The position numbers were made by a program, and so were the translations under genes. This document shows positions 20,501 through 31,238 of a stretch of DNA of 34,057 bases, piece after piece. Location: contig LT642206.1 in the NCBI GenBank assembly GCA_900128585.1, forward strand, positions 1 through 34,057. Reading direction: 5' to 3'. The notes under the pieces are model-generated. The model ran no database searches. It was given only the letters and a program-made list of their open reading frames with translations, and was not told the DNA's origin. Position 1 is the first letter of the stretch. Each line of letters begins with the position of its first letter. Source of the DNA: Stramenopiles sp. TOSAG23-3 (taxonomy: Eukaryota).

Positions 20501-21515
20501 ATGCATCTGAATTGTCGCGCCCCCCAAATACCAACATGTAGTTCAAGTACATATTTGCAGTGTGTTTATGGCGCGGCGCAGGTGCATCCGTCTTGCTGCC
20601 CAAGGACATGACGTTGGTCCAACGCCATTGACTTGCCCCCGCAGCAAGCAGCAGAACAATCAAGTCGTTGTAAATAATTATCGACTTACCCGGATCGCTT
20701 GAAACACCTCCAAACACAAACATTTCCCCCGCATGGAGGACCGCAGAATGATCGTAACGAGCTGCGGGGCGATCTCCCGACGTAGCTATCGTTGTCCAGT
20801 TTAGCTCTTTGACCGTTTCATTGGGTTCTCGGGCCCTCTGGCGCTCCCACAAATCTATCATCAGAGTGTCACTTAGAGAATTGGCTTCGTTATTTCTTCC
20901 ACCAAAAACAACCATCTGACTTCCAAAACTAACCGCAGAATGGCACCCTCTCGCCCACGTGGTACTGGGAGACTGTCTCTCTTCGCAAATTGCTTCTTTA
21001 CTGTACTGCAAAATTTTCCAGGACGTACATTTTGATGTTGCGGGCACGTTAACACCGGGGTCCGTGACCGAGCTGAATTCCAACAGCACATGGGTATACG
21101 AATCCGAGACTGGATCGACACCAGATGCACCACCAAATACATACATGCTGCCTTCGTAAACGATCGATGTATGGTCGTATCTTCCATACGACGCACTAGT
21201 AGACACCATGAGCCATGTATCGTTTTGACTTCCTATACCAAGCGACAGAATCTGATTTCCTTTCCCACGGTCAACGTTCGACAATTTGTCGTGCCCACCG
21301 TAAACAACAATACTCGATTCATTTGACACCACTGAATGGTCGTAGCGGAACGCAAATCCATCTACGGGTCCGTCTACGATGGGTCCTAAAGGGTCTATTG
21401 ATAGGCAATCACCGGAATAGCCATAAACATCGCACGTCTGCGCTACAGGCCTTCCACCGCTGGCCAAGAGACCAAGGGCAAGCAAAACAGTGAAACAAAG
21501 CGACCGCAAACCCAT
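17502..21515 (-). CDS. Multi-pass membrane receptor-like protein: signal peptide, Kelch propeller, Cys-rich GCC2/GCC3 (ephrin-receptor-like) repeats, about 10-12 TM helices, charged tail, 1337 aa
   Basis: MGLRSLCFTVLLALGLLASG signal. Six Kelch repeats (RYDHS..VYGG, RYDHT..VFGG, RGCHS..VFGG, RYDHS..VFGG, RHKHT..VFGG, RADHA..ITGG). C.pCp.G.F/Y repeats. Many hydrophobic segments. Confidence 0.88.
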   Translation of the reverse strand: MGLRSLCFTVLLALGLLASGGRPVAQTCDVYGYSGDCLSIDPLGPIVDGPVDGFAFRYDHSVVSNESSIVVYGGHDKLSNVDRGKGNQILSLGIGSQNDTWLMVSTSASYGRYDHTSIVYEGSMYVFGGASGVDPVSDSYTHVLLEFSSVTDPGVNVPATSKCTSWKILQYSKEAICEERQSPSTTWARGCHSAVSFGSQMVVFGGRNNEANSLSDTLMIDLWERQRAREPNETVKELNWTTIATSGDRPAARYDHSAVLHAGEMFVFGGVSSDPGKSIIIYNDLIVLLLAAGASQWRWTNVMSLGSKTDAPAPRHKHTANMYLNYMLVFGGRDNSDAYLNDMYFFNLEKQSNGAFESWQKVKYTGVLNGEPENRADHASAVVGDKLYITGGSSSFGAIKSVEIYPLCGCGLCTPGQYANNYSCINCPDGFHNEVFGAPNKSSCIACKPGYFSKIRKGYGAKQCDPCGTGKFTNDSAMNKCIPCAIGKYSNRLAAADCPSCEIGRYSNEEGLPTCKLCQKGRFNPRTNRVKPCQECYASTYNDFRGKSNCTICPYRDMFSRQGAIAVDECQFCIQKRFCRLSDGLCHGNRDPRSTCNKCIGGTFRGERGVCIPCPPNSKSAGHVVEGLFKIGICIYLFAIPLLLAHEDDYDYPGQVHGTAFDKRISWVSFHSNLVRHMQILFILVNTNENPVLRFESKRSFATHSSYMVAINIFNFQYLPWSMSWVQCNFESTARVGFIVDHFYAPFFYLSTMILVYACRRFRNYIEVVDVDTELWVLSRAIRNVFFNSFFAVVLLGVLGLLDCVKDPAGRNEKSSLRLDGLECILGNSFSWQYTIVALAFVYVLGVAIVFPLLRCWQKRKSGYGAWNENPASVYSVHDQLKNIRTIALAMLGFGNLIDEELKPVLQATSLLFFWLILCFKNGDWVCKHARERKRGNRGVGECAVEESCLLRNIGCEKKRCNFVQQFNFVYFLLELGLCVTYWQSKVPSDMFFAADVLLIVAILVPLVFVALKTSRFIWCQHRAQQSVSGSFPETGEDVRVVMFHKPLNLVIFSPFGTVLMGSMVSVFAVRYIQALLITVMYIVLLGLRAIFHLFMTNDDERQYNFSSTCANILKIEIQKSTVACRNAFHCGVGFCRASLKIFGARLFDEDDAHSEKLWREEMQTKVHPFDTTPNDQGVDSVLFNGKIVRRQPKPQKELEFIELRADVPVEEHESYFGIWGTPPQFQDHEDDEEEGSLMSISLQQRQPENAAAAPKTKDQGTGETTKLKMIAEDAKEHRDREAHDTRVRAAKLEKLKAAREANTYMHLARLEVEKDRKKAADKLKKEKKKGEQGGKI

Positions 21516-22152
21516 CTTAACAGTCTCGCAATAGTATTGAACCTCGTATTGAACTCATGGTATCAGTAACCGCGCTCATTTTTTCCCAAGCAATATTGCA
21601 TGTCGATTGTAAAAGGATCGCCGTGAAAGTTGTTACGGTCTTTGGACGAGAAGAATGCATACCTCGAAGTCACCCGAAAGATTATATACTACTGTATATA
21701 TTATTATAGTTTTCAAAAGAGAACGAGGACGACTGCTGTGAACTGAGAAGCAACATACTACATTTTGTTGATTTTTTTTCTTGCTGTGCTTGTATAATAA
21801 TATTATTTTCATAGATTCATTCTTCTTCTAAAAAACTTATTATAATAAAAAAAAAAGAAGGAGAGGAGAAGAGGAGGAGAAAAAAAAGAAGAGGAGAGAC
21901 GATGATGAATTGTTGTTGTTGTTGTTGTACTTCTTGTTGCAATAATTATTATTATCCCTTTATTTTTTATTATTTTTTTTATTATTATTATTTAAAAAAA
22001 AATCTACCTGTATCATTTACAATTACTTCAAAAAAATTGAATGCAAACAAATAGAACATTGCTTCAATTTTTTTGTGTTTTTTTTCTTCCAACTGCGTTC
22101 CTTGGCACCCCTGGGGTTGTAATTGACATATTTATTTTACTACGACGCTAAA

Positions 22153-23400
22153 ATGTCGCAAAGGATTATTGGTCGTCCACCAACGTGGGTAAACGTCTTG
22201 CGAAGGTCAAAAGATTTTATAGACCTGAGAGTTGGGCAGCCCGACAGGAACCATTTACCCGTACAAGAGTTGGAGGAGGCCGCCGCTTCATGTTTTTCCG
22301 GGCCCTATGGGATTGATGCAAATGACCCCTGTCGATTTTTGCAATATGGTGGGGAGGATGGGTGGACTATTATTTCCGAGGTACGTAGTTTTTTGAACAG
22401 GTTCGATCGCTCCCGTACGACGCAAACGGGGGAGTTGATGATGTCGGCTGGGAATTCGCACGCTATAGAGTTGATCACCAGCACGTTTACGAAACCCGGC
22501 GACACTGTACTGGTTGAATCCCCAACTTACTTTCTGGCCCATCGAATTTTTGAAGACAACGGATTATCTATCGTTGAAGTAGATTTTTCGGCTAAGGAAG
22601 AACTACTCCAAGCAATAAATAAACACTCACCCGCCCTTGCTTACTGCGTGCCGAGCTATCAAAATCCAGGATCCACAAATATTTGTGAGGCAAGGCGAAG
22701 TGAAATCGTGGAATTGGTAAGAGATAATGGCGTCACTCTCATAAGTGACGAGGCATACCAACTTCTGCACTTTGAGTCTGCTTCTCCTCCCCCTCCCCCA
22801 CTCGCAGAATTGGATAGAAAATACACTGAAGTGGGGGGTAAGGGCAATGGAACTGTGCTATCTTGTGGGTCGTTTTCGAAAATTGCTGCACCAGGCTTCC
22901 GGTTAGGATGGATAGAAGGTGACCTAGGTTCGCTGGAAAAGTTAGCAAACCGTGGCTATTTAATATCGGGTGGAACAGTCGCTTCCCCCATTTCATGCGC
23001 ACTAATGGAACAAATTTTATCGTCTGGAAAACTCGAAGACATTGTTATACGCCTCCGCCATCTTTACGAGAAAAGAGCGAATGCATTAGTAGACGGGCTT
23101 CAAAATTATTGCCCCTCTGTCAAGATTGCAAATGTGGATCGTATTGAAGGCGGCTACTTTGTATGGTGTGAACTTCCCCCAAGTATCGGGGATATTCACC
23201 AATTCTTGGAGTATTGTATGGCAAATGAGAATTTATGCTTTTTGCCTGGCGATGCATGTTGGTACAACAACTCTTCGGGAGAGCTGGAGAGCACGAAAAT
23301 GGTACGCCTGTGCTTTGCTATGTACGAATCTGAGCGTCTTGTAGAGGCCACCAAGCGCCTGGGGCGCGCGCTTAGTTCGTATACAACCCCAGGCCAATAA
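22153..23400 (+). CDS. PLP-dependent class I/II aminotransferase (MocR/2-aminoadipate transaminase-like), about 415 aa
   Basis: IDLRVGQP, LQYG, VLVESPTY, VPSYQNPGS, ISDEAY, PLP-lysine motif GSFSKIAAPGFRLGW, VRLCFA. First ATG is at 22153 (the ORF track starts at a TTG). Confidence 0.92.
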   Translation: MSQRIIGRPPTWVNVLRRSKDFIDLRVGQPDRNHLPVQELEEAAASCFSGPYGIDANDPCRFLQYGGEDGWTIISEVRSFLNRFDRSRTTQTGELMMSAGNSHAIELITSTFTKPGDTVLVESPTYFLAHRIFEDNGLSIVEVDFSAKEELLQAINKHSPALAYCVPSYQNPGSTNICEARRSEIVELVRDNGVTLISDEAYQLLHFESASPPPPPLAELDRKYTEVGGKGNGTVLSCGSFSKIAAPGFRLGWIEGDLGSLEKLANRGYLISGGTVASPISCALMEQILSSGKLEDIVIRLRHLYEKRANALVDGLQNYCPSVKIANVDRIEGGYFVWCELPPSIGDIHQFLEYCMANENLCFLPGDACWYNNSSGELESTKMVRLCFAMYESERLVEATKRLGRALSSYTTPGQ

Positions 23401-23752
23401 ATTGGAACGCTAAGTACGAGGAGTTAAGGGGTTAATTTTTAACATATTTGAAAAACTTTAATTTTCGATTAATTGAAATTTTAAAAAAACGATTTAACAT
23501 CGCGTATTATTTTTGTTTCCATTTTCTTCCATTGAGTGGTTTAACACCAAATTGAAAACATTTACTTGTAATCTCAGGAGCAGAGATGAGTTCGCAGTAA
23601 TATGAAGACGATAAGTAACTACTTTTAACAGCCAATTTTTTGCTTTTAATTTACCTAAAACGTAGCTTAATAGCAGCCAAATTTTTGATTTTTTTCATTG
23701 AGATAAACTGAATATTTTATTTTTTTAAAAAAGATTTTACTCCTTATTAATC

Positions 23753-26700
23753 TTACTTTTTAACGTACGAGCTGTGGCGGGCAAACGTAGATCGAAGACT
23801 GGAATGTTTGATTTGTGATTTGCGTCGACGAAAACTCGCAAGACGTTGCGCATCAACCAATGATAGTTGCCCAGCCCCCCTCACAAGCTGGGCCCCGTCG
23901 CTGGGTTTTGGCAAACTCATGCCTGGATGATGGGTTTGGCGGCGGCCACTTACCGTTTGGGTCGGGGAGTAAGTAGCTCCCATCCCAGTGAATTGCTTAA
24001 TTTTTGAAATTTGTGAAAATGAGTTACGTCGCCCAGAAGACAATTTTGGTCCTGGTAGGGCATTTTGGTTACTATCCTCTACCTCTGGATCTACACGAGC
24101 CATTCCATGGTCCTCTTCTGTACGTTTTGAAAAAGTAGCGACGTTTGGTGCTACATTCTTCCGGTCAACAATTAGTTGTTGCATGCCATGCAGCAGCTTT
24201 ATTTCTGTTGTGTACTTCTTTTTCTCCTCCAAACGTTTGGTCTCCAGCGCCCGGATAGCCGCCGACATTTCGTTTTTTTCATGTTGCTCTTGAATCCTAT
24301 TGTTCAGTTTTGTATTGAGGTCTAGAACCTCTCGCTTCACCTTCATCATTTTCATTATTTTCTGGTCGTTTTCTTCTATGTTTCTTTTAATTAATTCGTA
24401 GCTTCGTCGTTCCCATTGTTGTTCAACATCTTTGAGTTTGTCCTTTAAAATTTGGTTTTGCAACTGTATCCTGGAGATAATTTTGTTTTTGAACAGTTTT
24501 CGCCAACCCAGGAAAAGGCGCGAGCGCCGGCCATTTGCCACAGCTTTCATCATTAGCTTAATGACCTTCTCTTTCTTCATTTGTTTAGTGCAGTGATCTT
24601 TAAGAATGTTGAAGCTATCCTGAAACTGACCAATCAAATTTTGGTATACCATCTTCGCATACTTTTGATAAGTGTAATTTTTTTCAGCTTTAGCTCGCAT
24701 TAATTCGTAATCGACCACCATGTTCGAATACTTTTCATCTTTTTCAGCAACAATTCGGCTATGATCTTTCTCCATGAATTGGAAAGCTTCGGCGGCATCG
24801 GCTTCTGAGGTGGCTTTTCTCCATATGTGAAAACGTTATGGTGTTTTTCAAGTACTTTGGTCAGTACTGTACACGCCAACATAGACTCACTCTTATATTC
24901 TACTTCCGCATCTATTATCGAATGGATTTTTCCCGACCATATTTTGAATGCTCGGTGTTTAACAGCGTGCAGATGTTTAATTATTTTTCCTAAAACTAAT
25001 TTAACTGCAAATCCAGAGGTCTCTAAAGAGCGTTCTCCCTCAATCATTTTTAAGTTTTTGTGATGGCGCAAAAGCAGAACGCGTTTGTGCCACAAAAAGA
25101 ATGATTGGGTTTGCTTTGATTCCCAGTAGTTGTACAGCTCGTTGAGTTTCAATTTCAGTGTGGATTTGGATTTCACCTCCTGAACCACCCTTTCGTTCTC
25201 TTCTGCGAAACTGCCTAGCAGGTTTTTGTGCCCATTCTGGAGATCCTCCATTTCTTTGTTTTTGGCCTCGATGGCTAATTGGTTTTGCACTTGTACCTCT
25301 TCCATCGCCTGGAGCAATTCATTCATTTCTCCCTGCTTTTGTTCATTAAAATGTTCCCGCTGCAAATTCATTTCTTCGATTTTCTGCTGCTCCGCCCGAG
25401 CCTCTGCGTCTTTCAACAGGTCCTCGAATTTAATCTTTTCCTTTACAACTTGATCATTTGCCGTTTCAATGCTTTGTCTTATTTCCTGATTTAGGTTTTC
25501 GATGATCACGTCATTGTTCGTCATCGTCTTTTCCAATTTTTCGTTCATGGTATCCAAAGCTTTCGCGTGTTGCTCGGCAATATTTTCTTTTTCGTTGCGG
25601 TGCTGCTCTGCAATACTTTGCTTTTCTTTATGATGTTCTTCTTTCGTTTTATTTACAGTAGCTTCGTGTTCAAGTTGGAGTAACTCCCGGTCTTCGGCAA
25701 ATTTTGCCCGCGCATCGTCCAGCAGCTTCAAGGTCCGAGCAGTTTCTTCTACATGCTGGTTTTTAAGCTCTTCCATCTGAACGTGACGGTACTGCTTCTG
25801 CCTACTCATGAATTCTTCATTATCGTCTTTGATTTTGGAAATTCTTCTTTCGTATTCTGCAACAACTTCCTTTTTGTAATTTTTGAATTTTTCTTGCTCG
25901 TCTTTGACCACTGCTTCGTGGTCAAGCTTTTGCTTCGCTATGTCATTCTTTACGTGGGCAACGGCAGCGCCCAAGGCTTCCTTTGATTTTGCTCGAATCT
26001 CTTCTGTGTGGCTCATGTACTTTTCATTTAAACTTTTAATTTCCTCTTGGTGGCGGTTGTGTAAGGTTTTCTCCTTCGTGGCCCATTCCTCCTGCATTTG
26101 TTTCATAGAACTTGCGTTGCTTTTCCGCTCGGTTTCTAAATCACTTCGTACCGTTTTAATCTGATTTTGATAGGAAGTTACCATTTCGTTGACAGATGTT
26201 GTGTGATCTGCTTGCACTTTCCCCAAGGCCACTGCGTGCTGTTGGTGAAGAGATCGCGTTTTCTCCAATACAGCACTATTGTGACTCTCGCGGAGTTCAG
26301 TAATTTCTTTCAACATCTTTTCATTAATTTCTTCCATGCTGAGCGCATGCGCCTCCCGAATATCGTTTAGCTCTTTTGCGTGCTCCTTTTTAAGACATTC
26401 AATAGCATTGGTTTGAGCAGCTTGTTCATCTTTCATTTTTGAATTAAACAGAGCGATGGCTGCGGTATGTTCATTTTTTATGTTGTCGATTTCTTTTCGA
26501 TGTTCTTCCACCGTTTCCCGAAGCAAAGCATCATTGCGCACTTTCTCGTTTTCAAACTGTTTCATAACTACCGCATGATTTTTAGCCATATCTTCAGCAT
26601 TGCTAGCGTGGCGCTCCCGCTCTTGCACGTATGAATTCACTTCAAGTTTGTGGCTGTCCACTATGTCTGCTAATGTCGCGGAGTGACTTTTTCTCTCCGA

Positions 26701-28926
26701 ATCTAGCGTTGCCTGCAAAGACTCCAACGTCATGTGATGCTCCTCTTTGATATCTCGCATTTCATTCTGATGAACCGCCTTCAATTGATCAACGTACTGC
26801 GCGCTTCGTGCTTCTTCCATTTTCTGTGTTTGCAGCATTTGCTTTTCATATTGATCGAAATGGTGCTTTTGGTGCTCCATATTCTTGCGGGCCAGTCCTT
26901 CCTGAAGCTTCAATTGGTTTTGCAGGCTAGACAACGATTCATTGAATTCTTCCTGCAGTTTCTCTTTTAAGGTCTGCTCTAGCTTTTTTATTTCAATTAC
27001 ATGATCTTGCTTTGCCTTTTCGGCATCATTTTCTGCTCGCTTCTTGATCTTCTGTATTTCTTCACTTGATTGCAACAGTTTAGTCTCTAGATTATGCTGG
27101 TCTTGAAGGAGCCGTTTTTTTGTTTCCTCTGCATCACGCAATTCACTCTCGTACCCACGCACCTGGTCCGAGTGGTTACGTTTCAATGATTGAATATCGC
27201 CCTTGTGACCCTCGGTGATATGATCTATTCTACTGTCTTGTTTCTTAAGATTTTGCTCCAGCTCTTCCATTCGCCCTTTCATCTCTTGCTTTGCAACAAC
27301 TAGCCCTTTTTCGCTTGCTCTGAGAAGCGTCAGTTTTTCTTTCAGGCCAGAAATATTTTCCTCTAAATCTTTTACAAGATCTTCACCGGAACGAAGTTGC
27401 AGTTCATTTCGTTTCTGAATTACTTCTATTTCGCGCTGTTTTTCTAATTTGGAGGTTTCTTGAATGCGCTCTATGGCGTCCTGGTGGGTGTGCTTTAAGT
27501 CCGCAATGGTAGCAACTAACTGCTTTTTCTCAGTTTGGTAGTCCATGCTAGTGTGTTTTAGTTCTTGCAGCTTTTTGTCGTACTTTTTTGTCCACTTTGT
27601 ATTGCTTTCTTCGGACATCTTCTTCAAGTCGCGCTGTTCTTCGCTAATTTCCTTTATTTTACTTTCGTACGTATATTGTTCGGATCTGCGTTTTTCTTCT
27701 GCTTCCTTTAAAAGTTCGTCCACATTCTCGCAAGTTTTGAGTTTTTTCTTTAACTCCTCCAATTTTTCTACTTGCTTCTCACTTTTGACGGCTTGTTCTC
27801 GATTCTGCGCTTTCAAGTCCTCTATCGCATCTAATGAATCAGTGTTACGTGATTTTAGTTCCCGGCATTCAGCTTTTGCCTCCGTAAGTTTTGACCTATA
27901 TTCATCTAGTTTTTGGTCTGCAATAAGCTCTGCGGCAGTTAATTTCGCCTCCGCATCTTTTGTTATTTCTAATTCTTTGGTAATCTGCCGTTGGGCGTAT
28001 TTTTTTTCTATCGCCAGATTTTCGCTCTTTGACTTGTCTAACTTGTCATGCAGATCTTTCATCTCCGCATTATATTGAGCTTCTAACTTTTGCTTGCTCT
28101 CAGCACACTCCGATTCCGCCTTTGCTTCGACTGTGGATATTCTGTTTTCGTACTCTTCTACAGTTCTAATATGACTAGCCTTTTCGTCCGCCAGTTTTGT
28201 TTTGCAGTCGTCTATTATTCGCTGGTATTTTGCATCTAGACTAGTCTTTAACCCCTCGCTCTCGTCATGGCGCCTTTGCTCGGCTGAAGATATTTTCTTT
28301 TCGTAATCTTCTATCAGTTCGGCATTCTTCGCCTTTTCTGCAATTGTTTTTTTCTTGCAATCGTCTATGATTCGTTGGTACTTTGTATCTAATGCCGCCT
28401 TTAGCGTTTCGCTCTCATCTATAAGTTTTTGCTCTGCTGCAGAGAGTTTTGTTTCGTACCCTTCAGCGATTTCTATACTTTTCTGCCTCTCGGTCCCCAC
28501 CTTCTTCTTATAATCGTTGATTATCGCCTGATACTTTGCGTCCATGTGTGCGTATTTTGTCTCCAACTCGCTTTTTAGTTTGATGCTCTCCCCATGAATC
28601 TTCTGTTCCATTTCCCTAGTTTTCTCATCTCGCTCGGCAGTTACTCTCCCAAGTCGTTCCTGCAGCGTTACAATATTTTTATACTGCAAGTCTGCCAAAT
28701 GCTTTGAAACCTTTCTAAATATCTGTTCTTTTCTTGGTTGATCTTTAATTTTCATTTGGGTACAAAACCGTTGACAAGCGACTTCAGGATCATCGCCTAT
28801 ATTTATTTCAGGAGGCTGTTGTTTTCTTTGAGCCGCAACAGCATGAAGCTTTTTCTGCAGCGCGGTAAAGTCCCCCGGGGAGTGTTGTGGACTCAACGCC
28901 ATCCCCTCTTTGTTATTATTCGACAT
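23753..28926 (-). CDS. Very long coiled-coil protein, split by a -1 frameshift near 24830-24833; about 1724 aa if joined
   Basis: ORF 24700-28926 (1408 aa, E/K-rich) overlaps ORF 23753-24775. The frame of the second ORF is open back to about 24835 and reads FHIWRKATSEADAAEAF, matching the F..W repeats found on both sides. Confidence 0.8.
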
Positions 28927-29494
28927 GAGGAAGTAGTCTGTTTGGGATGCTTCTTTTCACTTCAAACCCAGATATGCTAGACTTTCGTCCGTTGTTTTAA
29001 CAGAAACCTAACTATGCCCAGCGCAATTGTTAACAAAGCCTTTTTCTCTTGCAGACAACGTGGCAGATGAGGGACATGCCTGTTTGCAGCAAAGTTCACG
29101 AACGAAACAACTATTGCCGAGTATAGTATTTTTTATCACTTACTAAGTTGTTGGTAGAAGACGACGACGAACTATTATTCTTAGTTCAACAACAGAACAC
29201 AACAACAACGATGAAGGAAATAGCAAGAGAAATACTACATCATGTGTTTTATTTAAATAGACGACTACAATACTCTTCTTGCAGTAGGGCTAATATTTCA
29301 TAACGGAACTACCACTAAAGAGACACAAATAGAAAATAAGAATCATCTCTCATATATAGACACAGCATTCGGTGTCTTGTTGACATCGGGTTTTTATAAC
29401 CCTCCTATATTATATACGAGGACCTCCTATCTAAGCATTAATATATAATAAAATAAAATATGGACCCCGGTATCATCCTACGATTAATTCATCA

Positions 29495-29552
29495 TTTTTA
29501 TTATTATTTCTTCTTTTTTTTCTTCTTTCTTCTTTCTTCATTCTTTCTTCAT

Positions 29553-29605
<53 letters not shown>

Positions 29606-29832
29606 ATTCTTTCTTTCTTTCTTTCGACTCTTTCTTTCGACTCTTTCTTTCGACTCTTTCTTTCTTTCGACTCTTTCTTTCGACTCTTTCTTTCTTTCTT
29701 CTTTTTTTATTCTAATATTATATATTCTCTCTTTCTTCATTTTTTCTTCTTCTTCTTCTCCTCTTCTTCTTCTTTTTTTCCTTTTTTTTTTTTGTGTTTT
29801 GTTCTTCTTCTTTGTTTTGTTTTTGTTGTGTT
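29495..29832. repeat. Polypyrimidine (TTTC)n/(TTC)n satellite with four TTCGACTCT variants
   Basis: Directly visible. A unit containing ttcgactct recurs four times between about 29620 and 29690. Confidence 0.92.
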
Positions 29833-30062
29833 GATGACGACTTTGTTGATTATTATTGTCAATTTTTTGAAATTGTATGTGTAATTTTACTAATACCTTA
29901 TATATATATGGACATCGATATCAAGTTTTATTATTCAGAGAAAATATATTACAATGAATAAAAGCATTTATGTATAAAGAGAGAGGCAACCGAGTTGTGT
30001 TTGTTGGTCTTGTTGTTGTACTTGTTATTTATGAGATTTAATAGAAAGTTTAGGTATTAGAA

Positions 30063-31085
30063 ATGGCCAATTATACAAATGCAGCGGTCCTGAACCCGGT
30101 CACTGGGCTTCAGATGCAGAAGCGTGCCCTGGAAGCTGGGGTGTTGGCGACGGGCTGCCAGGGGATTGATGATTGTCTAAAAGGTGGATTTCGTGCGTCT
30201 GCTGGTATTACGGAAGTTTCTGGGAAATCTTCGTCGGGAAAGACCCAGCTTTGTTTGCAGCTGGCGATCAACTGCCAGAAATCTATCGAGAGAGGGGGGC
30301 TAGGGGGTGGTGCGTTGTACGTATTTTGTGAGGGTACTTTCCCAGTCAAACGGTTGCAGGAGCTGGCCGCCGCCCAGCCAGCCACGCTTGGGATCGATGG
30401 CGACCAGAAAACCGCGAAAGACATTACGGATCGAATTTTTGTGCAGCACGCGGACGACTGCGAGCAACTATGGAATCTTTTGAGCGGATCAAGGCTTACT
30501 TCAATGTTGCAGACAGGCGCCGTAAAACTGGTTGTGATCGACTCTATCACGTCAATTATTAGGGGGGAGTTTAGTACTTCGCGGCGGGATTTGTCGGATC
30601 GCAGTGACATTTTGTTTTCTTTCTCCGGGCGTATGAAACGGCTTGCCAGTACCTTCAACTGTCTTTTTGTTGTAATTAATCAAGTTTCTGGTGTGTTCTC
30701 ACCCGCTCCTGGTGCCCCCCGTGCATCTTGCATGGGAACAAGCTTTCTCCCAAATGGACAGGAGAGCACCTTTGATTCATTTCTGGCACCTCTGAAGGTC
30801 ACACCATCTTTAGGTATCGCATGGTCAACGTGTGTGACGACGAGGGTATTGCTGCAGCGCCTTGTAGACGCAGATAAGACCACATACACCAACGGGACCA
30901 TCGCCGATTGTACAAATACGCATATGAAGCGAACCGCACGGGGAAACAAAGGGACCTCTAGGGGAACTGTAACAGAGTTTTCACCTGTGCCGAGGGAATT
31001 GCGGGTCCTTCTTAGCCCGTACATCGCCCACAACGCATCGTGTAGATTTTTCGTGACCAGAAACGGCTTGCAGGACAAATTATAG
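30063..31085 (+). CDS. XRCC3: DNA repair protein XRCC3 (RAD51 paralog), 340 aa
   Basis: TGCQGIDDCLKGG, GITEVSGKSSSGKTQLCLQL (Walker A), GGLGGGALYV..EGTFPVKRL, LVVIDSI (Walker B), VINQV, and the XRCC3-type PSLGIAWSTCVTTRVLL. No RAD51 N-terminal domain. Confidence 0.88.
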   Translation: MANYTNAAVLNPVTGLQMQKRALEAGVLATGCQGIDDCLKGGFRASAGITEVSGKSSSGKTQLCLQLAINCQKSIERGGLGGGALYVFCEGTFPVKRLQELAAAQPATLGIDGDQKTAKDITDRIFVQHADDCEQLWNLLSGSRLTSMLQTGAVKLVVIDSITSIIRGEFSTSRRDLSDRSDILFSFSGRMKRLASTFNCLFVVINQVSGVFSPAPGAPRASCMGTSFLPNGQESTFDSFLAPLKVTPSLGIAWSTCVTTRVLLQRLVDADKTTYTNGTIADCTNTHMKRTARGNKGTSRGTVTEFSPVPRELRVLLSPYIAHNASCRFFVTRNGLQDKL

Positions 31086-31238
31086 ACCGTATTGTGGCGA
31101 AACCAGTGGACAGGGGCGGCGTATTAGAACTAAGGTGAGTTGTAAAATTAAATGTTTTTTGCCAAAATATACACTGTGCTCTCTTAACCTTTTTACATAC
31201 AAGAACTTCATGACACGCAAATTGAAAAGGCGGAGATT

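Noticed and set aside
29620-29690. Recurring TTCGACTCT units as a CRISPR-like array
   Set aside because: The intervening sequence is TTTC satellite rather than unique spacers, no cas genes are present, and the context is eukaryotic.
5085-31085. SNF2-like gene and XRCC3 as a DNA-repair gene cluster
   Set aside because: They are about 23 kb apart with unrelated genes between them; no evidence of functional clustering.
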